64,000 bases of DNA from Octopus bimaculoides (taxonomy: Eukaryota). Both the position numbers and the translations under genes were made by a program. Below, piece by piece: positions 14,637 through 28,426 of this stretch. The notes beneath the pieces are model-generated. The model was not told where the DNA came from. It searched no databases and worked only from the letters and a program-made list of their open reading frames with translations. Positions within the stretch are counted from its first letter, which is position 1. The number at the start of each line of letters is the position of its first letter. The DNA is taken from NCBI RefSeq assembly GCF_001194135.2, contig NC_068989.1, positions 92,325,455 through 92,389,454 on the forward strand, given 5' to 3'.

Positions 14637-14850
14637 GACGGTGAACTGGTGGAGAGTCGTTAGCACGCTGGGCAAAATGCTGAGCGTTATTTCGTCCGCC
14701 CTTACTTTCTGAGTTCAAATTCCGCCGAGGACCATTTTGCTTCCAACTCCTTCTGCGATCGATGAAATAAGTACCAGTTGCCTACTGGGGTCAAGAAGTC
14801 GACTTAACCCCCTACGCCGAATTCGCTGTCCTTGTGCCAAGCTTTCAAAC
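14637..14850 (+). mobile_element. SINE family B copy
   Basis: gacggtgaactggtggagagtcgttagcacgctgggcaaaatgctgagcg...gagttcaaattccgccgagg, collinear with the other family B copies. Confidence 0.85.
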
Positions 14851-15699
14851 CAATCTATATGTATATATACTTTTCTACTCAAGGCACAAGCACATGCATT
14901 TTTCACACATTCAAATTTTACAACTCCAAACGCCAAAACGACCATATTTTCACAATACCTTATAAATCTACATTTTAACTCTTAATCCCTATCTAATTCC
15001 TCACTCATACTCGAATATCACAACCATCTAAGCATACTTGTGTGCATATGTGCGTGTATATATATATGTGTGTGTGCGTGTATTTATGCATGTGCATATG
15101 TGTGAATGTATGGATGTAGGCAAGGTATGGATACCTGCGTATACAGGGGTGATAATACATACGGATACACGTATATATGGGTGTGTATGTGTACATATAC
15201 ACATGAGTACGAGTTGCATATGTAGACATTGGTATGTTTAAACATCTGTATAAGTATATATCTGTCCAATATATACATAGGTATACATCTTCACATATAT
15301 ATTTTCTATTACTAAGCACTGACCTGTTCAACCACCTATATTCCAAAATTCTTCATTCCATACTACTACTACTACTACTACTACCTCATCATCTATCACT
15401 ACATAACTGACACCCCTTTACTTGTTATACCTCCTCTTTCTATCACCCCCATTCCTATCTGTTTACACTCTCATACCTTTCTCTCTCTATCACAATCATC
15501 TCCCCATTCCTACTTTCAAATCATCTTAACTGGCCACTAACTGGTAAACTTTCCCTTACTATCTCCTTGTTTTTCTTTTTTCCTTTTTTCTTTCTTTCCT
15601 TTATTCCTCTCTTTTCTATTTTCTCTTTTCTTTTTATTTATTCCTGTTTTCGATTTGACCTTACAAATACATTCCCTGCTTTTAGGTCACTTTAAATAA

Positions 15700-16025
15700 A
15701 ACCCTTGATTCAATAACACTGTTTACACTCTCTATACATGGAATGGCTAATTTTAGATACTATTGGATTTTACTCAAGATATTGGAATCTTATATGTATA
15801 CCATTCTGCCTAAATAATGGATCTACAAATGCAATATCCCTGCATATCTCACATCTATCTTCATTCCTCCACTTCACTCTCTATTTCGTATGTTATCTAA
15901 ATTAAGTATTTCTCAACCATTTTCTCAAACCGTCTCCGGTGGAGGGATATAATAAATATCGTGGAAACAGCTGTAAGACCTATTTATAAATGTTCTAAAA
16001 TCTTCACAACCTTCGTTTATTATCT
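15700..16025 (+). mobile_element. Penelope-like element terminal-repeat fragment with a degenerate minimal hammerhead (15932-15979)
   Basis: Homologous to 27385-27625 (ccattctgc.taaataatgga...cattcctccac...ccgtct...ggaaacagctgtaagac). PLE assignment is inferred from the hammerhead-type end. Confidence 0.65.
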
Positions 16026-16190
16026 CATTCTGAAAAAAAATATATATATACAAATGCTGATATATGACCTACGTTGTGCTCCTTATTCGCATAATCACCG
16101 AACCTGGAGCTTAACTGTGGTCCATCCATAGCACTTACTCACCATTACCTGAAACCTCTGGGTCTAATTGACATCATTACCTCTCATAAC

Positions 16191-16242
<52 letters not shown>

Positions 16243-16448
16243 GTGTGTGTGTGTGTGTGTGCATATATATAGTTGGAATTTACAAAAAAACAAAAAAAAA
16301 CAAAAGACGTGTGTAAACAACAAACAGATGTATTATCTTAAAGATCGGGAAATGAGAAAGTCTTTTATGTTTCGAGCCTACGCTCTTCAGGAGAAAGGAA
16401 TAAGAGCAAATAGTCAGAGAGAAAATGAAAAACGTTTTTGATATATAT

Positions 16449-16850
16449 GTTTCAGTCATTTGACTACAGCCATGCTGGAGTACCACCTTTAGTCGAGCAA
16501 ATTGACCCCAGGACTTATTCTTTGTAAGCCTAGTACTTATATTGGTCTCTTTTGCCGAACCGCTAAGTTTCATGGACGCAAACACAGCAACATCGATTGT
16601 CAAGCGATGGTGGGTGAGAAACGCCGACACGCAAACATATATATATACATACATATATACATACATACATATATATATATTTACATACATACATATATAT
16701 ATATATATGTAAATACGAGGGGCTTCTTTCAGCTTCTACATACCAAATCCACTCAAAAGGCTTTGGTCAGCCCGAGGTTATAGTAGAAGACACTTGCCCA
16801 AGGTGCCACGCAGTGGGACTGAACCCGGAACCTTGTGGTTGGTAAGACTA
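16449..16850 (-). mobile_element. SINE family A (tRNA head, CORE-like domain, internal microsatellite, 3' domain)
   Basis: Minus strand has B box ggttcagtccc, CORE-like tgcgtggcaccttgggcaagtgtcttc, central (TA/CA)n and a tail ending gcatggctgtagtcaaatgactgaaac. Confidence 0.9.
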
Positions 16851-18394
16851 CCGGTTAGTTTGCTCTCAGTTAAGTATAAAAAATATGTTATTCAACAGTC
16901 AACGTATAATTCCAATAAAGTTCTTTAAAGATAAGAAATAAGAGTAATATTCTGTTGGATAATTATTCCATTGGATAATTCTTTAACCATATAGATTGCT
17001 TTCTTATAAATATTAACAATATTAATAATAAGGATTACACCGAAGTAACGAAGGCATTACTTTGAATTATATAATTATATACAGCCTCATAAGACCAACA
17101 CATGTTGGTCATACCCAGCGACATCATGTGAAGACCCTGAAGAGACTGCACTGTTTTATAGTAGGATAGCAATTGCAACGATTATTAATCGGTGCAACTA
17201 AAACATGTGTCGGTCTTAAAAGTCGGAATATAATTATAGAATTAAATGTAATGCTATTGCTACTTCAGATTAATCCTTTTTTTTTTTTAATATTGTCAAT
17301 ATATATATATATAACCAGCCAAAACTGCAAAGATAATCTCGGACTCGACTGATGAAAGAAAACTCCGAATGACCCGTCCTTGTTTTTTCCTGTCCTTTTT
17401 TGTATCATCTAACTGTCTGGATGTTTTGTTGTTGCATTCTTGACCCACTTTTTGTATTCTTTTATATGTATATATATACAGTATATTTTTAGATGTATGT
17501 GTGTATACATACATGTATATATGTAAGAAATATAATACTACATGTATATATATCTATTTACATATATATGTATATACAAACAGATATTCACTTGCATGCA
17601 CACTCACCGATTCGCTCACTCGCACTCAGACACGCTCACACACGGATACCAAAACGCAGAGAGGGCCATTATAAAGTTCTTTTATAATTGAAATTATGTA
17701 TAACATACTACTATATATGGCAGAAATAATCAACGAAAAGGGTAAGTGAAAGTTTTTATTACATTTTTAGATAGATTTATTCATGAATTTATAAATTTTC
17801 AATACGTCTCCCCTCATTAGTTGTACAAACTGTGATAACGCCGATAAAATATATATATCTCGATTCTCAATAATCTTTACAGATTAATGATATCCTAAAT
17901 AGACGTAAAGTTATAAATATTTAATATTTAGAATTTAAAATTGCACGTTACTGTATTTTATACCTATAGTTACTTGTATATGTATGAAGGCATGTATATA
18001 AGTGTGCTTGTATGCAGATGTGGATACATATACGTATATGATATACATATACACAAATATATTGTGTATATAAGACGTACATAAGTAATTATTCTTCCAT
18101 ATACATCTATGTTTATATATATACACATATACAAATACACCTATATGCATATATACATACATAATCACACGCACGCACACACGCACACACACATATAAAG
18201 AGAGAAAGATAGAGAGATAGAGTGAATAGATTGTACAAAATAGATAAATATATGTTAATACAGTTATATATAAAGACTTCCTATGTGATATATATACATT
18301 GTGTATATATACATATACATATATCTTGTTGTAAATATAAATGTATTTATTTATTAATATATATATATACAGAGATAGATAGAGAGATAGATAT

Positions 18395-18439
<45 letters not shown>

Positions 18440-18915
18440 TAGAGAGATAGATAGAGAGATAGATAGAGATAGATAGAGAGATAGATAGATAGATACATAC
18501 ATATAACCATCGCCGTGGGGAGTCTGTGTCCGTATGTATGTCAGCGTGCATGAATTTTGATGACATATTTGTATATATATTTAATCGCATCAAATACGTA
18601 AATTGTATTAAAAGAGTGTGTTCAAAGACTATGATTATGGCTATGATGACGGTGACGATTTTGTTGATGATGATGATGGTGATGATGATGATAATGCTGA
18701 CGGTTCAGTTAAAAACGGTCGGTGAAGACCTTAACGTATGACTTATGTAAATACTTAATGATAGAAGTGTCAATGTTATTTCCAATCATGTATTTTCCAG
18801 AATGACTGTCACAACTCGTATCCATCTAGGCTGGCGGATACGTTATTTCATATAGAGAAATACAGATACGTTACCTTATAAAGCAATATAAGTGTGTATG
18901 TGCATGTATGTTTGT

Positions 18916-18963
<48 letters not shown>

Positions 18964-19072
18964 AAGACAGAAAGAGAGTAACAGAGACGCTGTGTATACG
19001 CGTGATATTATCGCTGTACGCATTGCGTTGTATAAATACTTCTAGCTATCTATGCCACTATATATATAAATA

Positions 19073-19322
19073 AGAGTTCTGATCAAGAAGTATCCGGATT
19101 GTTGCCATAGTAACAAAACTATAGCACGCAGAGTAAAGACGCTCGGCACACGTTGACCTTGAACTCTGCTGTGCATGCGCACTAACATTTAACGTTCCAG
19201 CCCACTTCTGCTGCTTACAGCAGTGCTAAGAATGAAGGCCAATCTGTGCCAATCGGCTTTACTCTGCGTGCTTAAGCTACGTTACTATAGCAACAGTCCG
19301 GATACTTATTGATCAGACTACG
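19073..19322. mobile_element. Mariner-type MITE, about 250 bp, with ~65-bp imperfect TIRs and TA flanks
   Basis: Left end tctgatcaagaagtatccggattgttgccatagtaac...gcacgcagagtaaag; right end ctttactctgcgtgc...gttactatagcaacagtccggatacttattgatcaga; TA at 19071-72 and 19323-24. Confidence 0.85.
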
Positions 19323-19326
19323 TATG

Positions 19327-19401
<75 letters not shown>

Positions 19402-19499
19402 TTTTGATCTAGATTGGATTCGTTGCCATCAAATTTGAATTCTTTTCAATCAAGTTTGATGGCAAAGATTCCAAACTTGATCGAAAACATTTATATATT

Positions 19500-19780
19500 G
19501 GCGCAGGCCTAGCTGTGTGATAGGGAATTTGCTTCCCAACTATGTACTTTTAGGTTCAGTCTCACCTCGTGGTACCTTAGCAAGTGCCTTCCTTTACAGC
19601 CTCGGGCTGGGTAAATTCTTGTGAGTAGATTTGGTAGACGAAAAGTGAGAGAAGCCCGTCGTGTGTGTGTATGTGTGTGTCCCCTATCTATCTTTGTGTC
19701 TTACCCCCACTTGATAACCGATGTTATCATGTTTATGTTCCCGTAAGTTAGTGGTTCGGCAAAAGAGACCGATAGAATCA
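19500..19780 (+). mobile_element. SINE family A copy, 3'-truncated
   Basis: gcgcaggcctagctgtgtgatag...ggttcagtctcac...gtggtaccttagcaagtg...agaagcccgtcg(tg)n...ggttcggcaaaagagaccgatagaat. Confidence 0.85.
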
Positions 19781-19869
19781 CTTTTGTCGAATCGCTAAAT
19801 TACGGGCGCGTAAACACACCAACACCGATTGTCAAGCGGTGATGGGGGACAAACACAGACATACACACG

Positions 19870-19904
<35 letters not shown>

Positions 19905-19907
19905 GTG

Positions 19908-19948
<41 letters not shown>

Positions 19949-20093
19949 CGCGTTTCTTTCAGTTTCCGTCTACTAATTCAACTTCCGGTCCCAGGATATA
20001 GTAGAAGACACTTGCCCAAAGCGCCATGCAGTGGGACTGAACCTGGAAGCATGTGATTAGGAAGCAGGCTGGATACCACGCAGTTGCTCCTCC
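19781..20093 (-). mobile_element. SINE family A copy, 3'-truncated, abutting the previous copy tail-to-tail
   Basis: cttttgtcgaatcgctaaattacggg...gtagaagacacttgcccaaagcgccatgcagtgggactgaacc is the reverse complement of the family A body and head. Confidence 0.85.
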
Positions 20094-20979
20094 GACTACA
20101 TATTTAAACACATAAATGGAAAGCAAGGTGGGGAAAAGATAACACTCGAGAACTATCGAACATATTAATAAAGATATATGTGTGTGTTACAATTTTTGTG
20201 CGTATATGCGAGTCTCTGTGCGTGTGCAGATGTTTGAATGTGTGTTCGTATGTAAAGCAAGTTTTTGCGTACGTGTTACAAAGACATATAAATAGAAATT
20301 GACGGGCATGTGTCACTGAAATAGTGACACAATCGTAGATAGATAGACAAATTGATAGTATATTTCATAGATAACCCGATGACATAAATTCGTTTTGACA
20401 CTACGTAAACCTGTCTCGACGCCATTTTTCTTAGTCTTCTCTATTTTCTATATTGTGATCTATTTTTCAAACACTACTGAAATTGTCCTACAGAATGGAA
20501 AAAATATCTGGAAAGAATATCAAACAAGAACACACAGAGAACTCAAACTTCCATCAAGGCAACACCAACATCTCAACGATTAGCCAGAGATGATTTTGAA
20601 AATGAGAATATCTGAAATAAACTCGACCGCTCTCGCAAACGAGAATACTAAGCATGGATCCGACCGCTCTCAAAAATTAACTAAAAATAAAAACCGAATC
20701 TTAGGCCGGTACCTGCTCGAACAATGGTAATCATGGATTGTGAAGGTGGCTGTAGAAAATTTAGAAACAGAAATAAATAGTTTATCCTAATCTAATACAA
20801 GCCAAAGTTAACAAATTCACCATTCAAAATAGTTACAGCCTAAAGGAAGAAATTTGAGAAAGACTTGAAAGCTAACGTAAGGTCGTATTCATGTAAAGTA
20901 AATATAACAAATAATCGAAAATCCTTGTCCTGTATTGGATCGATCCCCAAATTGTTACTGCATCAGATGACAAAATACG

Positions 20980-21510
20980 TACTTGCATTCCGTTCGCTTA
21001 TACGATCTGACTTCAAATGCCACCGTGGTCGACATTGCCTTCCATCCTTACGAGGTCAACAGTGTATAGTATCAGTAAAATATTGAGGCAAGTGTAATCG
21101 ATTTCTCTCTACCCTCAAAATTATAGCCTTTTGCCAAAATGTTTGTGAACATTTTCTGTTCTGTTTTCCACCGAGGGTGGTTTTTGCCTTTCATCCTTTG
21201 GGATCGATAATAAGAACCATCTGAGCACTGAAGTCGATATAATTGACTTCCACCTCAACAATGCTGGCCTTCAGCCAAAACTTTCAAGCTATTATTTTTT
21301 TCCAGTCAGTTGGTAGAATTGTAAAAGCGTTGGGGAAAATATTTCCAAGCATTATTTTCCGGCTCTTTACATTCTGAGTTCAAATACGTTGTATTCAACA
21401 GGGTCAATATCTGCGACATTCAAGTACGAGGGCTAATGCTATCGATTTCCCGTCTACCCCCAAATTACTTGTTTTGTATCTAATTTTGAAACAAAATTTG
21501 TTCCAACTTT
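20980..21510 (+). mobile_element. Cluster of about three old SINE family B fragments
   Basis: Recurring ttgccttccatcctt / tttgcctttcatcctttggg / ttctgagttcaaat motifs; more diverged than the other copies. Confidence 0.6.
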
Positions 21511-21699
21511 TTTACCAAGAGCGAACATTTCTTTACACCTTTTCGTGTTCTGTAAAATGTAGTAAAGTTACCGATTAAGGTTCGAGTATTAGCGAAATTG
21601 TAAAAAAAATCGTAGAAAACACTTTGTTGAGTTTATTTCTGGCTCTTTGGGGCCTAACTTCTTTTCTGGTGGAGTTAATCCATTTTAACAACATTTTGT

Positions 21700-21875
21700 C
21701 TCTTATTATTATCAATGTTGATGTGGGAAAGGAGAGGTTTAGCAATTGAAGCCCTCCTATGGTATTCACTTTTATGGAACTCCCAACGAACGGTTTTAGT
21801 TGACACTTGGTTGGCAAGGTGATATTTTACGGTCACATTCGCTACCGTAGTTCGACGGTTTGTAGACACAATGTA
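21700..21875 (-). mobile_element. Tc1-family transposase N-terminal fragment
   Basis: ORF 21675-21869 contains NRRTTVANVT...NQVSTKTVRWEFHKSEYHRRASIAKPLLSHINI, matching the Tc1 second HTH/linker (VSTxTVRRELHxxGYxGRAAxxKPLLS). Confidence 0.8.
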
Positions 21876-23322
21876 GACACTGTTGTGTGGTTCCTCTCTG
21901 TGCTCTTCTTTTTTTTTTGTCCAGAATAGAAATATGCTTCCCAGAGTTTGTTTTGCTTCATTTTTGGGGTCCCAAAATGATTTTAGGAACTGTATTTCTT
22001 GAAACTAAGCCGTTTTACTGACTGAAGTTCCAGTCACCTGCGCTGCAACAATTTATCCGCGTTGGAAATCAAATAGGTCATGTATTGTAGCTAATTCTTT
22101 TTGGCACATATCAATATGTGCCAAAATGAAAAACACAGAGGGCCACACCAGGAAAAAAACAAGACATACACAATGCATTCACACACACACACACAAACAC
22201 ACATACATACATACAGACTAGACGAGTTTTGAATTTGTCATATTGCCAACAGAAAAGTAGTAAAATAGAGAGTGACGTATCGCTTATTGTGTCCAACCCC
22301 CTCGGCTCTTTCTGTCATGTAAATATGGAATACAAAGCAACTTGTACTACTATTGTTGTACCCAGAGAAGATGAAGACCAAGGAATGTAGGATATATATA
22401 TAATCACAATCGGGTCTGGTTTATAGTTACAAACCAGAGCAGCGTTCACCTCTAACAGTGCAATTCTCTGCAGCATCATCATCACCACGGTACCGTCATC
22501 TCCACCACCCCCGCAATCATCCCAACGAAGACCACTACCAACAACAATAAAAATAACAATCATGAGAACCGCCAAGTCAAATCAACCGGACATCACACAA
22601 TCGCCACAGCCAACGCTAGCGCCATCACCACCACTGCTACCACAATCACTCCCCCAACACTACGGAAAACCTAGCATCCACGGATGTTACTTCTGGCCAA
22701 CCACATTCCTACCACCAATACAACCATTGCCATCATCATCATCATCACGACCGCTAATGCCATTAACAGATACAATCACAGCTACAACAAACATAACCAC
22801 TACAACTACCGCCATTGTATAAATGAGAGAAAGAGAGAGAGAGGTCTTCTGTGTGACCACTGGGCCTAATAGCAACAGCGAGCACATCTTTCCTACATTG
22901 CACAATACCGACTTAAATAAAGACACATTAGATAATGGGATTTGTACCCACGATGGAATTTATACCCACTGAAATCTCTTCAGTTATAGGCCTCCTGCCC
23001 AAGTCCGACAGTGTTAAACAACAATAACACAAGCAGCAGCAGCAGCAGCAACATCACATACTAGCCAACGGCAGCGACTCGAAGTGAACGTTCGTCATAC
23101 AAGAAATAACAGCCTAAAATCACCCTTAGATCAAACACAATCTTAGAACACATTATGTGATTTCGTCCGAGTGAGTTAACAAAACAGAGACTAAATGATC
23201 ACGGTTGGAATGCATCGATTCAGACTTGTCTACGCCTAAACAACTTCACACCGATACAGAAAGGTTATTTCACAGGCACCATCCATTTTTAAGAGGCTGG
23301 TGTAGAGATTCTCTATTCCTTT

Positions 23323-23971
23323 ATTCTTCTACTTGTTTCAGTCATTTGACTGCGGCCATGCTGGACTTATTCTTTGTAAGCCTAGTATTTATTCTATCGG
23401 TGCCTTGCCGAACCGCTGGGTGACGGGGACGTAAACACACCAGCATCGGTTGTCAAGCGATGTTGGGGGGACAAACAGACTCACAAGCACATACATACAC
23501 ACACACACAGACATATATATATATATATATANNNNNNNNNNNNNNNNNNNNNNNNNNNNNNNNNNNNNNNNNNNNNNNNNNNNNNNNNNNNNNNNNNNNN
23601 NNNNNNNNNNNNNNNNNNNNNNNNNNNNNNNNNNNNNNNNNNNNNNNNNNNNNNNNNNNNNNNNNNNNNNNNNNNNNNNNNNNNNNNNNNNNNNNNNNNN
23701 NNNNNNNNNNNNNNNNNNNNNNNNNNNNNNNNNNNNNNNNNNNNNNNNNNNNNNNNNNNNNNNNNNNNNNNNNNNNNNNNNNNNNNNNNNNNNNATATAT
23801 ATATACACACACATATATACGACGGGCTTCTTTCAGTTTCCGTCTACCAAATCCACTCACAAGGCTTTGGTCGGCCCAAGGCTATAGTAGAAGACACTTG
23901 CCCAAGGTGCCACGCAGTGAGACTGAACCCGGACTCATGTGGTTTGTAAGCAAGCTACTTACCACATAGCC
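23323..23971 (-). mobile_element. SINE family A copy with an assembly gap in its central microsatellite
   Basis: Both halves are collinear with 16449-16850 and 61212-61590. Confidence 0.9.
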
Positions 23972-24936
23972 AAAACTTTTTCCTCAGTCTATTTCGTTTT
24001 ATCGGCCCTGTCTGCATGGCGAAATACAAAAAGAAAAATATTGACAGAATGAAAAGATTAAGTTGATCAGAGGGGCTTTGAAGTATTAGGAGACCTGAAG
24101 CTTAAGCTTCGTTAATTTTTATAGTAGATCCACCACTGAAACTACGGGCTAAAAATTGCAGGCAATCTCCCTCCTACCACACAGCACGTACTGTTAAAAG
24201 GACATCTCTTATAATGATGCCTAAATTACAGCAGCAGAGAAGAATATACGGTAGCGCTATAGCAGGAGTGGACCTTCATCAAAGGACTATCTGTTCTGCT
24301 ACATCTTCTCTAAGATAAAACAAAACCAACAGCAGCATCGCCACCATCACCGCCGTTTTCATCGATAATACACGTATTGCTCCGTTCCTCACAGTTTGGC
24401 AAGCTGATCTAATTACACAGTATCCGGTGAAATACAGCAAATAAGCATCCGTCCCTCGAGGATATAAAACAATACGCGTGCGCGTAGTATCGTATGACGA
24501 TATCACATCACATGACTGTATCGCATAACCTTTGGGGACGCAGATGGCTAAACGCATCAGCAGTGCTAAAGATTTGAGTTGATTGGAGTGTTGTTCGTAC
24601 GTATGTACGAAGGCGTGTGTAAAACTAAGAACACATCCATGCATACATATATGTATAACTATCTCTCTTTCGCGCGCGCTCTCTATATCTGTCTATCTCG
24701 CTATCTATCTATCTATCTATCTCTCTCTATATATATCTGTCTGTCTGTCTATTTATATATCTGTGTGTCTATCTATTTATATATCTGTCTGTCTGTCTAT
24801 TTATATATCTGTGTGTCTATCTATTTCTATATCTGTCTGTCTGTCTATCTATTTCTATATCTGTCTGTCTGTCTATCTATCTATTTCTATATGTCTGTCT
24901 GTCTGTCTATCTATCTATTTCTATCTATCTATATAT

Positions 24937-27225
24937 CTGCCTTTGTGACGTGTACGCTAGACCTAGATAAGACACATAGGCAGGGTCCCGGGTACTGGAA
25001 GCTAAACGCGTCTTTCCTATCGAGACAGGTTTTCAGAGACCGGATTTGCACGCTAGTAAAGACGGCTTTGACGGGAGCCATCATCAACAACAAATGATGG
25101 TTTGCCTTCAAGAGAGCAATAAAAGCAGAAGCGATTAGGTATAGGAAAGCACTAGCCATGGATAGAAACAGAGTAGAGAGTGACGTAGTTAAGAAGCTAG
25201 AACAGGCGATTAGAAGTCGCACCGTATCCGACGTTTTGGAGGCGAGGTTGGCCCTTGACCAACATTTCAACGCCAAACACGAAGAGTGTGTTGTCATAGC
25301 TAGGATGCGTGCTCTAAGGGACGAAGGTGTTGAAGCCGCGCGAGAGGCCCGGGTGGCGGAGGCGCAACAGGGCAACAAAGCCATCATTCGGTCTCTAGTA
25401 GATGAACAGGTGCGCGAATTACTCGAGCCAAGCAAAATGTGAAGCCTTTCAACAGCATTTTGCCCGACTTTTCGGGACGAGTGGCGAGCGAGAACGCAGG
25501 GTGGACTTCAGTGCTTACCTGCACAACCTGCCTCGACTCTCGACAAGAGAGGAAGGGTGCTGCGAAGGTGCCATCACGGCGGCGGAAGTGCGGGACGTGA
25601 TAGCAGAATGCTCGAGGGAAAAAACGCCGGGTTTGGATGGTCTACCCTACGAGCTTTACAGTTGTATGCCAGACTTGGAAATGTCTTCGCAGCAGTGTAT
25701 TGCGACTGGCAGCAAAACGGGAACATTCCCGGTTTTGTGAGCCGAGGATCCGTAACGCTGCTGAAGAAAGACCCAAACAAGGGGGACGTAATAGATAATT
25801 TTAGGCCCATCACTACTCAATGCAGACTTGAAAATTTTGGCCAAAGTATTAGCAAGAGGCTGGCGCTTGTAATCGGGAAACTGATCGACAAGGCGCAAAC
25901 GTGCGCCGTGCCGGGTCGAAGCATCCATGACAACCTCCATCTGATGAACATCTTAGATAGGGTAGTTAGGGAGCCTGGCATGGGTGGAGACCTGATCAAT
26001 TAGAATCAATCCAAAGCTTTTGATAGGGTAGACGATTGATACTTAGGTTATCCTCATAGCGGCTGGTTTCGGTCCTGTCTTCCGCGGCTGGATAGCTGCT
26101 TTGTACAGAGGAATTCGTTCGGCAATTTGCGTAAATAGACATCCATCGAAACCCTTCGACATTGCACGTTCGGTCCGTCAGGGATGCCCAATCTCGTCGC
26201 TTCTACACGTATTGACTCTCGAGTCACTACTGCGGAAGCTGGCAACGCTGAGAGGCATCTCGCGAGAATTGAGATGCGGGACGAGCATGTCAGAATACGC
26301 GGACGACGTCACCATCATTGTGTCTAGTCAGAAGCACATCGAGCTGGTCGGCGAGACGCTGAAAGACTACGAAGCGGTAACAGGAGCGAAAATTAACAGG
26401 GAAAAGTCAAAGGATTTACGACTCGGCATCTGGAGAAGCAAGCCCATGCCGTCCACCAGCGCTCCGTCGTGGGACACTGGACCGACGGTCCGATCGAGTT
26501 GCTCGGGGTCTCCAAACGGAGAAGAACTGGAACGAGATAACGAGTAGGGTGGTCACTCTTGCCCGGCAATGGGCCGAGAGGAAGATGTCCCTTAAAGGTC
26601 AGGCGGAGGTGGCGAACAAGTACATCGCTTCCGTCATCTACGACATCTCCGGCTCTACGATGAACAGGTGTGGTCACCGTTTNNNNNNNNNNNNNNNNNN
26701 NNNNNNNNNNNNNNNNNNNNNNNNNNNNNNNNNNNNNNNNNNNNNNNNNNNNNNNNNNNNNNNNNNNNNNNNNNNNNNNNNNNNNNNNNNNNNNNNNNNN
26801 NNNNNNNNNNNNNNNNNNNNNNNNNNNNNNNNNNNNNNNNNNNNNNNNNNNNNNNNNNNNNNNNNNNNNNNNNNNNNNNNNNNNNNNNNNNNNNNNNNNN
26901 NNNNNNNNNNNNNNNNNNNNNNNNNNNNNNNNNNNNNNNNNNNNNNNNNNNNNNNNNNNNNNNNNNNNNNNNNNNNNAATGGTGACTTCGGGGAGAATCT
27001 GGGCGTCGACCAGGAATACCTGACCCATGTATTCAAGACGACTTTCGTGCCGGGACCTATGGACAACTTCCAGAGATCCCTGGCTGGCAGTGCTATCGAG
27101 AAGCGCTACCCGTTCGGGATAAGCTCTACAGGCATGGCTCGAGAAACACGGAGCCAACCTGCCCGAGATGCGATCAGAGCGACGAAACCGTTCTACAGCT
27201 GTTTCCGTGATAATTTACATATCCC
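24937..27225 (+). mobile_element. Tx1/L1-clade LINE ORF2, 5'-truncated, frameshifted, GC-rich
   Basis: GPGYWKLNASFL, KTPGLDGLPYELY, NFRPIT, QTCAVPGRSIHDNLHL, SKAFDRVD, SVRQGCPISSLL, EYADDVT and GAKINREKS: the canonical L1/Tx1 ORF2 motif series split over several frames. Confidence 0.93.
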
Positions 27226-27262
27226 TTCAGAGACGGTACGAGAAAATGTTTATGAGATACAG

Positions 27263-27625
27263 AGTGAAGTGGAGGAATGAAAACAGACGTGAGATACGTA
27301 AGGATATGGTATATGCAGTTCCAATTGTTTAAGCAGAATGGTGTATACATAAGAACTCATACACAAGGTACAGGAAACTTATATATACACCATTCTGCTT
27401 AAATAATGGAACTGCAGATACAATATCCTTCCGTATCTCACGTCTGTTTTCATTCCTCCACGTCACTGTGTATTCATATCTTCTCAATAATAGCTATTAC
27501 TTCAATATTTTCTCACACCGTCTCTGATCAAGGGATACATAAATTATCCCGGAAACACCTGTAAGACTTCTTGATAAATGTTTTGAAAACTATTCACAGC
27601 CTTGGCTCTTGTATCTCATTCTGTT
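27263..27625 (+). mobile_element. Penelope-like terminal repeat, partial inverted copy plus direct copy
   Basis: ~84-bp arms 27263-27346 and 27384-27467 are reverse complements; the direct copy continues into a hammerhead-like motif and is homologous to 15795-16025. Confidence 0.7.
27520..27567 (+). ncRNA. Minimal type I hammerhead ribozyme relic
   Basis: gtct-CTGATCA-a-gggata(cataaat)tatccc-g-GAAAC-acct-GTA-agac: helix I gtct/agac, 6-bp helix II, short helix III. Deviations: G8>C, A.G instead of R-Y at 10.1/11.1, loop acct rather than agct. Probably inactive. Confidence 0.65.
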
Positions 27626-28378
27626 AATTTATATATATATATATATATATATATACCATGTTACGTATATAGATATATATTAGGAATGCCTTTCTCTTAC
27701 CGTATATCTCTCACTGTATATGTGCGTGCATATACATATTTATATATATATATATATATGTACACAAATACACATAGATACTTTATTCTATGGAAACCAA
27801 CGCGAACCAGATATATTAAATCAGATCTATATTGCATACAATGGACAAATAAGTGTTTCCCTTAGTAGGGTGTATATTAGAAACCCACGCAAAATATTCA
27901 TCAACCGGGAACAAATAAAATTTATTTATATTAAACACCAGATATTGCAAATATCGTCTATTTGTACTTCAGCAGATCAATGCTTAGATCAATTTAAATA
28001 TATTTTATTTGGTTTCCAACTGAAGAAGATTCTCCTTGCGTTTATAATATATACCTAGCTATTACAAACATGTATGGTACCCAGGAATGTGATACATATT
28101 TTAATATACCTGCCCCGTGTTGGTTAGGATTCATTTAGATGACATAACATTATATCGTTTTATATTATCTCTTGCTAGTATTCGTTTGTTTGGATCTTTG
28201 GAAAAATTCTACAAAAAAAAAAAAAATTATTTTTGTCATATTTTAAGAAGTATTCTTTCTGTAAGTTTGTGTATGTAATATGTGTGCATGTGTAAGTGCG
28301 TGTACATGTGTATATGTAGGTATGATTGTGTGTGTATGTGCGTCTACGAGTGTGTGTTTTTATAATATATAATATGCA

Positions 28379-28426
<48 letters not shown>

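Noticed and set aside
17340-17385. CTGATGA followed by a short stem and CGAAT, hammerhead-like
   Set aside because: GAAA box is broken and no consistent helix I or III could be drawn, so it was not counted among the relics.
22440-22830. Thr/Pro/His-rich ORFs; likewise 40940-41300
   Set aside because: Degenerate CAC/CAT/AAC trinucleotide repeats with no coding signature.
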